Under the pieces are notes generated by a model, which saw only the letters and a list, made by a program, of their open reading frames with translations, made no database searches and was not told the origin of the DNA. Made by a program: the position numbers and the translations under genes. A stretch of 64,000 nt of DNA from the NCBI GenBank assembly GCA_023454275.1, contig JAEYGM010000048.1, positions 179,283-243,282 of the forward strand, given 5' to 3'. Of this stretch, positions 9,547 to 20,149 are shown piece by piece; positions within the stretch are counted from its first letter, which is position 1; every line of letters starts with the position of its first letter. The DNA comes from Bacillota bacterium (lineage in GTDB: Bacteria; Bacillota; Clostridia; Acetivibrionales; DSM-2933).

Positions 9547-10574
9547 GAAAACTTTTAAATACTCTTTATGTAACTTCAGCTGATGCATATCTTTCGCTAG
9601 ATGGTGAAAATGTTGTTATTTTAAAGAACGAGGCTGAAGCAATGAGATTACCTTTACATAACCTGGAGGGAATCGTTGCTTTCGGATATACTGGTGCAAG
9701 TCCTGCTTTGATGGGAGCATGTGCTAAAAGAAATATTTCATTATGTTTCATGACGCAGAATGGTAATTTTCTAGCGCGAGTCGTTGGAAAAGTCAGAGGA
9801 AATGTAACTCTCAGAAAAACACAGTATTTTATATCGGAAGATGATGAGAAAAGCACCCTTATGGCAAGGAATTTTATTTTAGGTAAAGTTTTTAACTCAA
9901 AATGGGTAATTGAACGTGCAATAAGAGATTACGCATTAAGGCTCGATGTTGATAAACTAAAAAAGGTATCTAATAATTTATCGAATTCACTCAACCTTAT
10001 TAAAAACTGCACCAATTTAGAACAGCTGAGAGGTTTTGAAGGAGAAGCAGCAAGTCAATATTTCAGTGTTTTTGATGACTTAATACTTCAGCAGAAGGAA
10101 AACTTCTACTTTACACAACGCAATAAACGACCTGCTCTCGACAATGTTAATACTATGTTATCCTTTGTTTATACTTTACTGACCAACGATGTTACATCAG
10201 CATTAGAAACCGTAGGATTAGACCCTTATGTAGGTTTCCTTCACAGAGATAGACCTGGAAGAGTCTCTTTAGCATTAGATTTGATGGAGGAATTAAGGAG
10301 TATTTCTACAGATAGGTTTGTTCTTTCACTTATAAATAAGCGGATATTAAACGCTTCTGGTTTCATAAAGAAAGAAAATGGTGCTGTAATAATGGATGAT
10401 GACACAAGAAAGACGATTTTATCCAAATGGCAGGAACGAAAAAGGGAAGAATTAAAACACCCGTTCTTAGATGAAAAAATTGAATGGGGTTTGGTTCCTC
10501 ATGTTCAGGCAATGCTATTAACAAGATGCATTCGTGGCGATTTAGAGGAATATCCACCATTTTTATGGAAGTAG
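9543..10574 (+). CDS. cas1: Cas1 integrase
   Basis: 343 aa, position between cas4 and cas2, conserved Cas1 length and composition. Confidence 0.9.
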   Translation: MRKLLNTLYVTSADAYLSLDGENVVILKNEAEAMRLPLHNLEGIVAFGYTGASPALMGACAKRNISLCFMTQNGNFLARVVGKVRGNVTLRKTQYFISEDDEKSTLMARNFILGKVFNSKWVIERAIRDYALRLDVDKLKKVSNNLSNSLNLIKNCTNLEQLRGFEGEAASQYFSVFDDLILQQKENFYFTQRNKRPALDNVNTMLSFVYTLLTNDVTSALETVGLDPYVGFLHRDRPGRVSLALDLMEELRSISTDRFVLSLINKRILNASGFIKKENGAVIMDDDTRKTILSKWQERKREELKHPFLDEKIEWGLVPHVQAMLLTRCIRGDLEEYPPFLWK

Positions 10575-10592
10575 GTGATTTAAATTTTTGTT

Positions 10593-10874
10593 TTGATAAC
10601 CTATGATGTCAATACAGAAACAGCAGAAGGAAGAAAACGATTGCGTAAAGTTGCAAAGATATGTGTAAATTATGGCCAGCGTGTTCAAAATTCAGTTTTT
10701 GAATGTGTAATTGAACCTGCAAAATTTAAAGAAGTTCAACATAAATTAAAAGAGACTATTAATAAAGAAAAAGATAGCTTGCGATTTTATCATTTAGGGA
10801 ACAACTACAAAAATAAAGTTGAACATATTGGAGCAAAACTCTCTTATGATATCGAGGGTACAATAATTATCTAG
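10593..10874 (+). CDS. cas2: Cas2 (TTG start, LITYDV…)
   Basis: 93 aa; N-terminal ITYDV… typical of Cas2; immediately upstream of leader and array. Confidence 0.85.
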   Translation: MITYDVNTETAEGRKRLRKVAKICVNYGQRVQNSVFECVIEPAKFKEVQHKLKETINKEKDSLRFYHLGNNYKNKVEHIGAKLSYDIEGTIII

Positions 10875-11042
10875 TGCGAATCTATAGAGAACATAAAATC
10901 TTGAAGCTTTCGCACCAAAAATTAGGATGTTATGGCTATAGCAAAACCCGAAATAAGTAATATTAGTGAAAAAATACTTATGATGGTTACTGAATTTGTA
11001 TAATTTAACCAATATTTTAATATATTATTGTATATTTTTGCT
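10875..11042 (+). promoter_or_regulatory. AT-rich CRISPR leader
   Basis: about 168 bp AT-rich non-coding stretch between cas2 and the first repeat; degenerate repeats lie at the opposite end of the array. Confidence 0.6.
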
Positions 11043-12998
11043 GTCGCTCCCTTCACCAGGGGCGTGGATTGAAATCACTATGCTGTTTATATATCTCAAA
11101 CGCTTTTTCGTCGCTCCCTTCACCAGGGGCGTGGATTGAAATCAATATATGTGACGCCAATACTATCTTTATAATTGTCGCTCCCTTCACCAGGGGCGTG
11201 GATTGAAATCGTTTTGTCAACGTAAAAATCAGAGATAATACCGTCGCTCCCTTCACCAGGGGCGTGGATTGAAATCTGAATGTCCCGGATATGCAGCCAT
11301 TTAAGGAAAGGTCGCTCCCTTCACCAGGGGCGTGGATTGAAATCAAAAGATTACAGTCAAGAAATTAAAGATTATGCGTCGCTCCCTTCACCAGGGGCGT
11401 GGATTGAAATTTTTCTCTATATGGCGATACCGGCCTTTGGGTTAGTCGCTCCCTTCACCAGGGGCGTGGATTGAAATCTTATGTAACCTATGTTCCGGAT
11501 TCATGCCAAAGTCGCTCCCTTCACCAGGGGCGTGGATTGAAATTATTAACTGCTTTGTCATTACAATACGGAGCTCCGTCGCTCCCTTCACCAGGGGCGT
11601 GGATTGAAATAATTTCGCTTTTAATATCGCTCAGAAGGCTTTCTTGTCGCTCCCTTCACCAGGGGCGTGGATTGAAATGTATAGGTATCTTGATTACCTT
11701 TTTTTCTTTGGGGCGTCGCTCCCTTCACCAGGGGCGTGGATTGAAATCTTCCTTAAGGCGCTGTATTTCAGCCTTAATATAGTCGCTCCCTTCACCAGGG
11801 GCGTGGATTGAAATCGATTTAAGATTAAACATTATACAATCCCCCCTTGTCGCTCCCTTCACCAGGGGCGTGGATTGAAATAAGAGAAAGGGGACTAAAA
11901 AGTCCCCCATTAATGTCGCTCCCTTCACCAGGGGCGTGGATTGAAATTATTATAAGCGGCCTTGTATTGCCGTCTGTACGGTCGCTCCCTTCACCAGGGG
12001 CGTGGATTGAAATATAAAGCATTTTTGATAATCAACACAGTTTTTAGTCGCTCCCTTCACCAGGGGCGTGGATTGAAATTCTGTTGGCGTTGGGATAAGT
12101 ATACTGCCAAGAGTCGCTCCCTTCACCAGGGGCGTGGATTGAAATCATTTGTATCACCGTTGGATCGCCAGTCCCTATTATGTCGCTCCCTTCACCAGGG
12201 GCGTGGATTGAAATTTGTATATCTTTTTCCGTGCTCTGCGTCCTCCGCGTCGCTCCCTTCACCAGGGGCGTGGATTGAAATATTTCTAATGTGCCTGTGT
12301 TTGACTGTGCATCAGTCGCTCCCTTCACCAGGGGCGTGGATTGAAATGATAATGAATTGCTTATAGCATATCTCGTATAAGTCGCTCCCTTCACCAGGGG
12401 CGTGGATTGAAATCTATTACTGTTCCCGGCATATTATTTTACCTCCTGTCGCTCCCTTCACCAGGGGCGTGGATTGAAATTATTGATAAGGTTTTTCCGC
12501 TTTTTAATTTAATGTGTCGCTCCCTTCACCAGGGGCGTGGATTGAAATATCAATACTGAAAACCTTTGCCCGTATAAGCTCCTGTCGCTCCCTTCACCAG
12601 GGGCGTGGATTGAAATAGTTATGGTTTGAGGGAACGAGCCGACCATATTGTCGCTCCCTTCACCAGGGGCGTGGATTGAAATAATCATTTTTATACACAT
12701 CCTTTTTAATTAAATGTCGCTCCCTTCACCAGGGGCGTGGATTGAAATTTGTTTGCAGTGTCAGCGGACGTGTCAACAAAGGGTCGCTCCCTTCACCAGG
12801 GGCGTGGATTGAAATCCTTTCTACATAATCGGCTATCTGCTTGCAGTAATAAGTCGCTCCCTTCACCAGGGGCGTGGATTGAAATCTTCTTTACTTATCA
12901 CAAACCCGTCAACAATGCCGTCACTCCCTTCACCGGGGGCGTGGATTGAAATCAAGAGGGTATTACAAGGTATCGAGAGGGGTTTAGTCGCTCCCTTC
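11043..12998 (+). CRISPR. Type I-C CRISPR array: 29 full 33-bp repeats GTCGCTCCCTTCACCAGGGGCGTGGATTGAAAT with 33-37-bp unique spacers, plus a truncated terminal repeat
   Basis: repeats counted directly (first 11043-11075, last full 12920-12952 with 2 substitutions; partial GTCGCTCCCTTC at 12987-12998); repeat ends in the I-C hallmark GTGGATTGAAAT. Confidence 0.97.
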
Positions 12999-13585
12999 TC
13001 CTGTGTACTTCTCTAATGAAGTCCTCCACTTCTGTTATTGATTTAACTATTGTTCATAAATCAACCCCTAACATATTAACTTATATTTCTATATATATAC
13101 CTTAGAGTATTAGGAGTTAATAAAAATAGTATCAATTGATACTATTTTCGCCGATATAAATGAAAATTTCAAAGATGCCACTAACATGAATTGCCATATG
13201 CCTTTTTGCTATAGCTCAAAAATTTATGCCGGTAGAAATAAAACTGTAATTACATTTCGGTCAATTATCATCGTTCATCAAGCAAACAGATTTAAAATAA
13301 GTAGAAAGCACCTTGAATATTATTATCCATGAACTTGGGGTCAAATATATCTCTAAAAATGGAGATATCATTTGGCACACTTTCCGTCCGATGAATCTCA
13401 TTATCATGTAGGTTGTTCTGCATCAGGTTATTTACAAAAGTTATCCATTAAAATTCGACAAATAATTGTTATAAACCAATGTAATTCAACTTACCAGTTC
13501 CAATAAAACATAAATTTCTGTTAGCTAATGTAAGCCAATCTATATTCCAAAAACCTGACCGTTTGACTCTATAAGCTAATAAAAA

Positions 13586-13624
13586 ATCAGAGAATAGATA
13601 CTATCATACGTCTATTCTCTGATT
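13586..13624 (-). terminator. intrinsic terminator of the tRNA-Arg gene (hairpin AATCAGAGAATAGA…TCTATTCTCTGATT followed by a U-run on the minus strand)
   Basis: perfect inverted repeat with flanking A-run on the plus strand at 13581-13586. Confidence 0.6.
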
Positions 13625-13633
13625 TCCATATAA

Positions 13634-13710
13634 TGGCGCGCCCGGCAGAATTCGAATCCGCAGTCCCTTGATCCGTAGTCAAGTGCTCTATCCAGTTGAG
13701 CCACGGGCGC
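13634..13710 (-). tRNA. tRNA-Arg (anticodon ACG), 77 nt including encoded CCA
   Basis: manual cloverleaf: 7-bp acceptor GCGCCCG/CGGGCGC, D-arm GCTC/GAGC, anticodon stem CTTGA/TCAAG with loop CUACGGA, T-loop TTCGAAT, CCA end. Confidence 0.85.
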
Positions 13711-13925
13711 ATATTTAAATATGCATATTATATGATAATACATTTCCATTCAAAAATCAACTGTATAATTTTGAAGAACATTAATCTACAAGTAGATATT
13801 TGCATTAAGCCAGCTTTTGAAATTTCCACGGAAAGTAATATAATCCAAAGACAAGGAATATATTTGTAAAGTAACTGTTTATGTTTTCATATTGAGGAGA
13901 AAAGGCATGGAATAAGTGATAAATT

Positions 13926-15020
13926 ATGAAAAAATTTGCTTACTATGCATTGGTGATTTTTTTAGTTATAGTTGTATTACCTTGTATTATTGTAAAGGGA
14001 TGTGGTTTTGGCACTGATGATGTTAATAACGAAGCCAGGGAAAGCAATAATGATAATAGTAATAATAACAGTAGTAATAACAGTAGTAATAACAGTAATA
14101 ATAACAATTATGATGATGATAGTAATGATGCCGGGGAGACAGATAATGATTTAAAAATTAGGGTTTATGTGAATAAGGAAAAGAAAATTGTAGAAATGGA
14201 GCTTGAGGAATATGTTAAAGGTGTTGTTGCGGCGGAAATGCCGGCGGAGTTTGAACCGGAAGCCTTAAAAGCTCAGGCTGTCGCTGCAAGGACTTATGTA
14301 TTGGGAAGGTATGAGAAAATATACAATGATGAACAAATGCTGCACGAAGGCGCTGATATTTGTACTGATCCGGCCCATTGCCAGGCATGGGTCAGCAAGA
14401 GCGACGCAATGAAGAAATGGAGCTTTTTTTCTTCGAAAAAATACTGGAACAAAATCAGTGATGCGGTTGAGAGCACAAAAGGGCGGATAATTACATACAA
14501 CGATAAAATTGCAAATCCCGTTTTTCATTCAAACAGCGGAGGAAGGACGGAGAATGCCGAAGATGTATGGGATGGGTGCGTAGTTCCTTATTTAAAAAGC
14601 GTAGTAAGCAAGGGAGAAGATGCAAGCAAGGAATACAAAACTACAGTGTCGTTTAAAACAAGTGACTTTAAAAACCGATTAAAGAAGGAATATCCGGACA
14701 TTAAATTTACAAGCAGCAATTTAATAAAAAGTATCAAAATATTGAATTATACCGAAGGAGGAAGGGTTAAGACATTGCAAATCGAAAATATAAAGCTGAA
14801 AGGGACGGATTTCAGAAGAATATTTTCCCTAAGATCGGCTAATTTTAAAATCGAAGGGAAGAAGGACTCGCTGAATATTACAACCATAGGAAACGGACAT
14901 GGTGTCGGCATGAGCCAATGGGGAGCAAATTATCTTGCTAAGAGCGGGAAAGACTATGAATATATAATAAAGTATTATTATTTAGGAGTTGAGCTAAGCT
15001 CCATAGATACGCTTAAATAA
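13926..15020 (+). CDS. spoIID: Stage II sporulation protein D (SpoIID lytic transglycosylase) with N/S-rich linker
   Basis: N-terminal TM segment, conserved C-terminal GNGHGVGMSQWGANYLAKSG motif; N-rich low-complexity segment. Confidence 0.85.
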   Translation: MKKFAYYALVIFLVIVVLPCIIVKGCGFGTDDVNNEARESNNDNSNNNSSNNSSNNSNNNNYDDDSNDAGETDNDLKIRVYVNKEKKIVEMELEEYVKGVVAAEMPAEFEPEALKAQAVAARTYVLGRYEKIYNDEQMLHEGADICTDPAHCQAWVSKSDAMKKWSFFSSKKYWNKISDAVESTKGRIITYNDKIANPVFHSNSGGRTENAEDVWDGCVVPYLKSVVSKGEDASKEYKTTVSFKTSDFKNRLKKEYPDIKFTSSNLIKSIKILNYTEGGRVKTLQIENIKLKGTDFRRIFSLRSANFKIEGKKDSLNITTIGNGHGVGMSQWGANYLAKSGKDYEYIIKYYYLGVELSSIDTLK

Positions 15021-15028
15021 AAAACGTA

Positions 15029-15946
15029 TTAGCCTATATCGGAGAATTCTATATTTATCTTTTCTTTCACATGTTGCTCTATACTGCTGTTGACGGTTTC
15101 GATACCGGGATTGACGTTAAGGACGGTCGCGGGAAGCTCGACTATAAATTCGCTGCCCTTACCGTAATCACTTACTGCATATATTTTCCCGCTGTGCAGT
15201 TCTACAAGGGATTTTACTATGGATAAACCTATACCGCTGCCTTCATGGCTCCTTGTCAGTGATTTGTCAACCTGCATAAAGCGTTCAAATATGATACTCA
15301 GCTTATCTTCCGGAATACCTATGCCGGTGTCCCTGACCGTAATCCTTACGGTGTCCCCGTTATCATATATATTTACTGTAATACTACCGCCGGGTTGAGT
15401 GAATTTTACCGCATTTGAGAGTAGATTCAGCATAATGCGCTCAATTTTTTCGGTATCAAAAGCAATTATTTTTTTATTGCTGTTTGATATAAATTGTAAA
15501 GATATACCTTTGCTTTTTACATAGTCCTCCGCTGACAGCGTTATTCCTCTTATAATGTCTACTATATCACTGTTCTGCAGATTTAAATTAAAAAAGTTGG
15601 CGTCTATTTTTGTAATATCGATAATGTTGTTAACCATCCTTAATAGCCTGTAGCTGTTTTGCCTCATTATGGAAAGATATTTGTCTATACTTTCGGAGGA
15701 AACATGCTTGTTTTTGAGAGTTAGTTTAAGCAGCTGCAATGCGGCAAAAATGACACTCAAGGGCGTTTTAAGCTCATGGGATATATTTGAGAAAAATTCT
15801 GTTTTTAATTTATCATATTCGTTTTCACTGTAAGGCTTAAGCTTTTGTCCCGGGGTGGGATGCATAGACTCTAATTCTTTCAGTTGTCTACGCAAATCGG
15901 ATAATTCTTTTATAAGCTGTTTTTTGGTTTTGTTTTTTCTTGACAA
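15029..15946 (-). CDS. soluble (no TM) orphan sensor histidine kinase, HisKA + HATPase_c; sporulation-kinase-like
   Basis: H-box FSNISHELKTPLSV; N/G1/G2 boxes (LLSNAVKFT, RDTGIGI, GSGIGLS); N-terminal coiled coil; no cognate response regulator adjacent. Confidence 0.85.
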   Translation of the reverse strand: MSRKNKTKKQLIKELSDLRRQLKELESMHPTPGQKLKPYSENEYDKLKTEFFSNISHELKTPLSVIFAALQLLKLTLKNKHVSSESIDKYLSIMRQNSYRLLRMVNNIIDITKIDANFFNLNLQNSDIVDIIRGITLSAEDYVKSKGISLQFISNSNKKIIAFDTEKIERIMLNLLSNAVKFTQPGGSITVNIYDNGDTVRITVRDTGIGIPEDKLSIIFERFMQVDKSLTRSHEGSGIGLSIVKSLVELHSGKIYAVSDYGKGSEFIVELPATVLNVNPGIETVNSSIEQHVKEKINIEFSDIG

Positions 15947-16156
15947 TATAGAGCATCCTCTCGCATTAGTGGTAAAAATTACAGAAAATACAACAATATT
16001 TTATAATTTAATTATATAAGATTCAATATTATATTTTTCTTTTTTATTTATTTCGGCAAAGTATAGATTTCAGGAAGCACGGGATAAAATAGTTGATGAA
16101 AAGGCCATATATCTATATAATTTGGCTAAGAGAGTTATTAATTATTAAGGTTGTGA

Positions 16157-17053
16157 TTGATTGTGGAGAATGCTGTTCTACCTAAGGCATGGGAGAGCTT
16201 GATAAGTTCTTCCAGCTATATACCGGTTATAGTTAAGACTATTGAACGTTTTCACGATACAAGCTGGTCAATGGAGCCCAACCGGCATGAGTTTTTCGAG
16301 ATGGTGTATATAAAAAGAGGCAATGCCGTGTTTGAAATATCAGGGAAACCGGCTCAGCTGGGGCCTAACGATATTATAATTATTAAACCTAACCAGAGCC
16401 ATAAATTTATAGTAAAGTCCCAGGAGGGATGCGAATTTATTGTACTGAGCTTCAGATTTGTAAGCAATACCAACAGTGAATTTTCAGAAGTTCCACTTGG
16501 GGATTTTCTCAATTTCGTAAGCGGTAAGGAATCCGGTGCTTTTATAACACTTAAAGTCAGCCAGAAAAATGAAATTATTAATATATTGAACAGCATTTTA
16601 AAAGAAAGGGAAAATACCGACATCGGAAGTGAATTTTTAAACCACCTGCTGGTTATGGAGCTTTTTGTCTTTATATCAAGGGCTCTCAAGATGGAGTGGG
16701 AAAGCAGTATAATGAATGTAAGCCCTAAGGTTAAAGAATTAATACATATTTCCGCGAACTATATAAATAATAATTTTGAACGTGATATTACCATAGGTGA
16801 TATTGCAAAATATGTTTTTTTAAGTTCAAGTTATTTTACCAGGGCGTTCAAAGAGGAAATGGGGGTAAGTCCGATTAATTACCTTTTAAAGATCAGAATT
16901 GAGAGATCTAAGGAGATGCTGGGTGATTTCAAGCTGAAAATAGGCGATATTGCTTTAAGCGTAGGATTTTCCAATCAGCAGAGGTTCAACGAAATATTTA
17001 AAAAATATGAAGGTATGACGCCTCTGCAATATAGAAAAAGTATTAATCCTTAG
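16157..17053 (+). CDS. AraC-family transcriptional regulator (N-terminal cupin + C-terminal HTH_AraC)
   Basis: cupin-like RHEFFEMVYIKRGNAVFEI; C-terminal dual HTH (…SPINYLLKIRIERSKEML…FSNQQRFNEIFKKYEGMTPLQYR). Confidence 0.8.
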   Translation: MIVENAVLPKAWESLISSSSYIPVIVKTIERFHDTSWSMEPNRHEFFEMVYIKRGNAVFEISGKPAQLGPNDIIIIKPNQSHKFIVKSQEGCEFIVLSFRFVSNTNSEFSEVPLGDFLNFVSGKESGAFITLKVSQKNEIINILNSILKERENTDIGSEFLNHLLVMELFVFISRALKMEWESSIMNVSPKVKELIHISANYINNNFERDITIGDIAKYVFLSSSYFTRAFKEEMGVSPINYLLKIRIERSKEMLGDFKLKIGDIALSVGFSNQQRFNEIFKKYEGMTPLQYRKSINP

Positions 17054-17215
17054 GTTTTATAGCCGGAATTTAGGTCAAAAAACGTTAAAAATTATAATAT
17101 AAATAGGGTGGATAACAGGAAGAATAAATAAAATACAGAAGGTATAATTCAAATATCATAGATACATAAGTACGTATATGGAGATAATTAGTCAGGACAG
17201 AGGAGGGATATCCGT

Positions 17216-18475
17216 ATGGGGTTGACAATGACGCAGAAGATACTGGCGGAGCATGCGGGATTGGAGAGTGTTAAAGCAGGACAGCTAATAAAAGCAAAGC
17301 TTGATATGGTTCTTGGAAATGATATTACGACACCTGTAGCTGTTAAAGAATTCAGGAAAATCGGAGTAGATAAGGTTTTCGACGTAAATAAGATTGCTAT
17401 TGTGCCCGACCATTTTACTCCGAATAAGGATATAAAGTCTGCAGAGCAGGTTAAGTTTATCAGAGAATTTTCAAAGGAAATGAAAATAGTAAACTTTTTT
17501 GAAGTGGGGCAGATGGGGGTGGAGCATGCCCTGCTGCCGGAAAAAGGACTTGTTGTTCCTGGTGACGTTGTGATAGGGGCTGATTCGCACACTTGCACTT
17601 ATGGGGCTTTGGGGGCGTTTTCCACAGGCATAGGCAGCACCGATATGGCAGCGGGCATGGCTACGGGTGAGGCGTGGTTCAAAGTGCCTGAGGCTGTGAG
17701 GTTTGTTTTGAAAGGCAGTCCGGGAAGGTGGGTTAGCGGCAAAGATATAATTCTCTATATAATCGGAATGATAGGTGTTGACGGAGCCCTTTACAAATCA
17801 ATGGAATTTACAGGAGAAGGAATAAGCAGCCTGTCTATGGACGACAGGTTTTCAATGGCCAACATGGCTATTGAGGCAGGAGGTAAAAATGGGATATTTG
17901 ATGTGGACGAAAAGACCATTGAGTACGTGAAGGAACATTCAGAGAAACCGTATAAGATTTATAAAGCAGATGACGACGCAGAATACACTGCTGTTTATGA
18001 AATTGATCTGAGTATGCTGAAGCCTACGGTTGCATTTCCCCATCTTCCTGAAAATACCAGGTCCATAGACGATGTTGGGGATGTTAAAATAGACCAGGTT
18101 GTTATAGGCTCATGTACAAACGGACGCATTGAGGATTTGAGGATTGCTGCGGAAATTTTGAAGGGGAGAAAAGTTCACTCAGGCATCAGGTGCATAATAA
18201 TTCCTGCAACTCAGAAAATCTGGCAGCAGGCTATGCATGAAGGCTTGTTTGACATATTTATCGACTCAGGAGCGGCTGTCAGTACGCCCACATGCGGGCC
18301 TTGCCTGGGAGGGCATATGGGTATACTCGCAAAAGGTGAAAGGGCTGTTGCTACTACCAACAGGAACTTCGTCGGAAGAATGGGAGACCCTGAAAGCGAG
18401 GTATATCTGGCCAGCCCTGCTGTGGCGGCCGCATCGGCTGTAGCGGGCAGAATAGCTTCACCGGACGAGGTATAG
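17216..18475 (+). CDS. leuC: 3-isopropylmalate dehydratase large subunit (aconitase-family, LeuC)
   Basis: 419 aa; [10 protein letters not shown] start; aconitase Cys ligands (GSCTNGR, TCGPCLG); followed by leuD and leuB. Confidence 0.9.
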   Translation: MGLTMTQKILAEHAGLESVKAGQLIKAKLDMVLGNDITTPVAVKEFRKIGVDKVFDVNKIAIVPDHFTPNKDIKSAEQVKFIREFSKEMKIVNFFEVGQMGVEHALLPEKGLVVPGDVVIGADSHTCTYGALGAFSTGIGSTDMAAGMATGEAWFKVPEAVRFVLKGSPGRWVSGKDIILYIIGMIGVDGALYKSMEFTGEGISSLSMDDRFSMANMAIEAGGKNGIFDVDEKTIEYVKEHSEKPYKIYKADDDAEYTAVYEIDLSMLKPTVAFPHLPENTRSIDDVGDVKIDQVVIGSCTNGRIEDLRIAAEILKGRKVHSGIRCIIIPATQKIWQQAMHEGLFDIFIDSGAAVSTPTCGPCLGGHMGILAKGERAVATTNRNFVGRMGDPESEVYLASPAVAAASAVAGRIASPDEV

Positions 18476-18492
18476 AGAAGGAGGACGTGGAT

Positions 18493-18981
18493 ATGAAGGT
18501 TGAAGGAAAGGTTATAAAATACGGCAATAATGTAGATACCGATGTTATAATTCCTGCACGGTATTTGAATACTTCTGATCCGGCAGAGCTCGCAAGGCAT
18601 TGTATGGAAGACCTGGACAAGGAATTTGTCAATAAGGTCAAAAAAGATGACATTCTGGTTGCGGGGAAAAATTTCGGATGTGGTTCCTCGCGGGAACATG
18701 CTCCTATTGCCATAAAGGCTTCCGGGATATCCTGCGTTATAGCGGAGACCTTTGCCAGGATTTTTTACAGAAACGCAGTAAATATAGGTCTACCTATTGT
18801 AGAGTGCACGGAGGCTGCGCAGGACATTTCCGACGGTGATACGGTGAGTGTAAACTTTGAAACAGGCGAAATAAAGAACGTCACGAAAGACAAGGTATAC
18901 ACCGGGACGCCTTTCCCGGAATTTATGCAGGAAATAATGGACTCGGACGGATTAATAGAATATATTAAAAAGAGTCTTTAG
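18493..18981 (+). CDS. leuD: 3-isopropylmalate dehydratase small subunit (LeuD)
   Basis: about 162 aa aconitase swivel-domain protein; AAGGAGG RBS 10 nt upstream of ATG 18493. Confidence 0.85.
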   Translation: MKVEGKVIKYGNNVDTDVIIPARYLNTSDPAELARHCMEDLDKEFVNKVKKDDILVAGKNFGCGSSREHAPIAIKASGISCVIAETFARIFYRNAVNIGLPIVECTEAAQDISDGDTVSVNFETGEIKNVTKDKVYTGTPFPEFMQEIMDSDGLIEYIKKSL

Positions 18982-18995
18982 CAGGGGGGATTAAG

Positions 18996-20081
18996 ATGAG
19001 GGACTTCAAGATTACTGTTCTTCCTGGGGACGGGATAGGACCGGAGGTTGTAAAACAGGCAACAGAAGTAATAAAAATGGTTGAAAAAAAATACGGATAC
19101 AGGTTTGATTTACAGGAGGCTCCTATTGGAGGTTGTGCAATAGATGAATATGGGATACCTCTTCCGGATAAAACTTTGGAGCAGTGCAGAGACAGCGATG
19201 CAGTGCTATTGGGAGCTGTAGGAGGCACTAAATGGGACGGCCTTTCGGGAAATATAAGACCTGAAGCCGGCCTTCTCGGAATACGCTCAGGATTGGGGCT
19301 GTTTGCTAATCTGAGACCTGCTGTAATATACGGCTCGTTAAAAAATGCTTCACCCCTCAGGGCGGATATCGTGAAAGACGGCATAGACATTATGGTAGTC
19401 AGAGAACTGACTGGCGGGATATACTTCGGAAGAAGAGGCAGAACGAGTGACGGAACAACAGGTGAAGCTGCTTTTGACACAGAGATGTACAGCAATACTG
19501 AGGTTGAAAGAATTGCGAGGGTGGCCTTTGAAACAGCAATGAAGAGAAATAAGCGGCTGACTTCGGTAGACAAGGCAAATGTGCTTGAAAGCTCAAGGTT
19601 CTGGAGAGAAATTGTTGTGAAGATATCCGAGGATTATCCCGAGGTAAGGCTTAACCACATGTATGTAGACAATGCGGCAATGCAGCTTGTAAGAAATCCT
19701 ATGCAGTTTGATGTCATAGTTACGACTAACATGTTTGGAGATATACTGTCCGATGAGGCTTCAATGATAACGGGCTCTATAGGGATGCTGCCTTCGGCAA
19801 GCCTGGGCGAGGGGACACTCGGACTTTATGAGCCTATACACGGCTCTGCTCCTGACATTGCCGGGCAGGACAAGGCAAATCCCATTGCCACTATTTTGTC
19901 TCTGGCCATGATGATGAGGTACTCTTTTGGCCTTAATGAGGTGGCGGAGGATATTGAAGCAGCTGTTGTAAATGTACTTGAAAAAGGCTACAGGACAGGG
20001 GATATTCTAAGTAAAGACACCAAGCTTGTAGGCACTTCAGAAATGGGAAGCTTAATAAGCGGCGAGATATTTAAAGGGTAA
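18996..20081 (+). CDS. leuB: 3-isopropylmalate dehydrogenase
   Basis: 361 aa; [16 protein letters not shown]-binding start; isocitrate/isopropylmalate dehydrogenase signature [12 protein letters not shown]. Confidence 0.9.
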   Translation: MRDFKITVLPGDGIGPEVVKQATEVIKMVEKKYGYRFDLQEAPIGGCAIDEYGIPLPDKTLEQCRDSDAVLLGAVGGTKWDGLSGNIRPEAGLLGIRSGLGLFANLRPAVIYGSLKNASPLRADIVKDGIDIMVVRELTGGIYFGRRGRTSDGTTGEAAFDTEMYSNTEVERIARVAFETAMKRNKRLTSVDKANVLESSRFWREIVVKISEDYPEVRLNHMYVDNAAMQLVRNPMQFDVIVTTNMFGDILSDEASMITGSIGMLPSASLGEGTLGLYEPIHGSAPDIAGQDKANPIATILSLAMMMRYSFGLNEVAEDIEAAVVNVLEKGYRTGDILSKDTKLVGTSEMGSLISGEIFKG

Positions 20082-20149
20082 ATATATTTTAGAGCATACC
20101 TGGGCGAACGGGGGAATATCAAACAAATATTCCCTCCCCCCGGAAGGCT

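Noticed and set aside
11053-12949. About ten 60-135-aa ORFs on both strands inside the CRISPR array (repeating …SLHQGRGLK… / …ISIHAPGEGSD… peptides)
   Set aside because: They are translations of the 33-bp direct repeat in different frames. Their periodic identical peptides mirror repeat spacing, so they are not genes.
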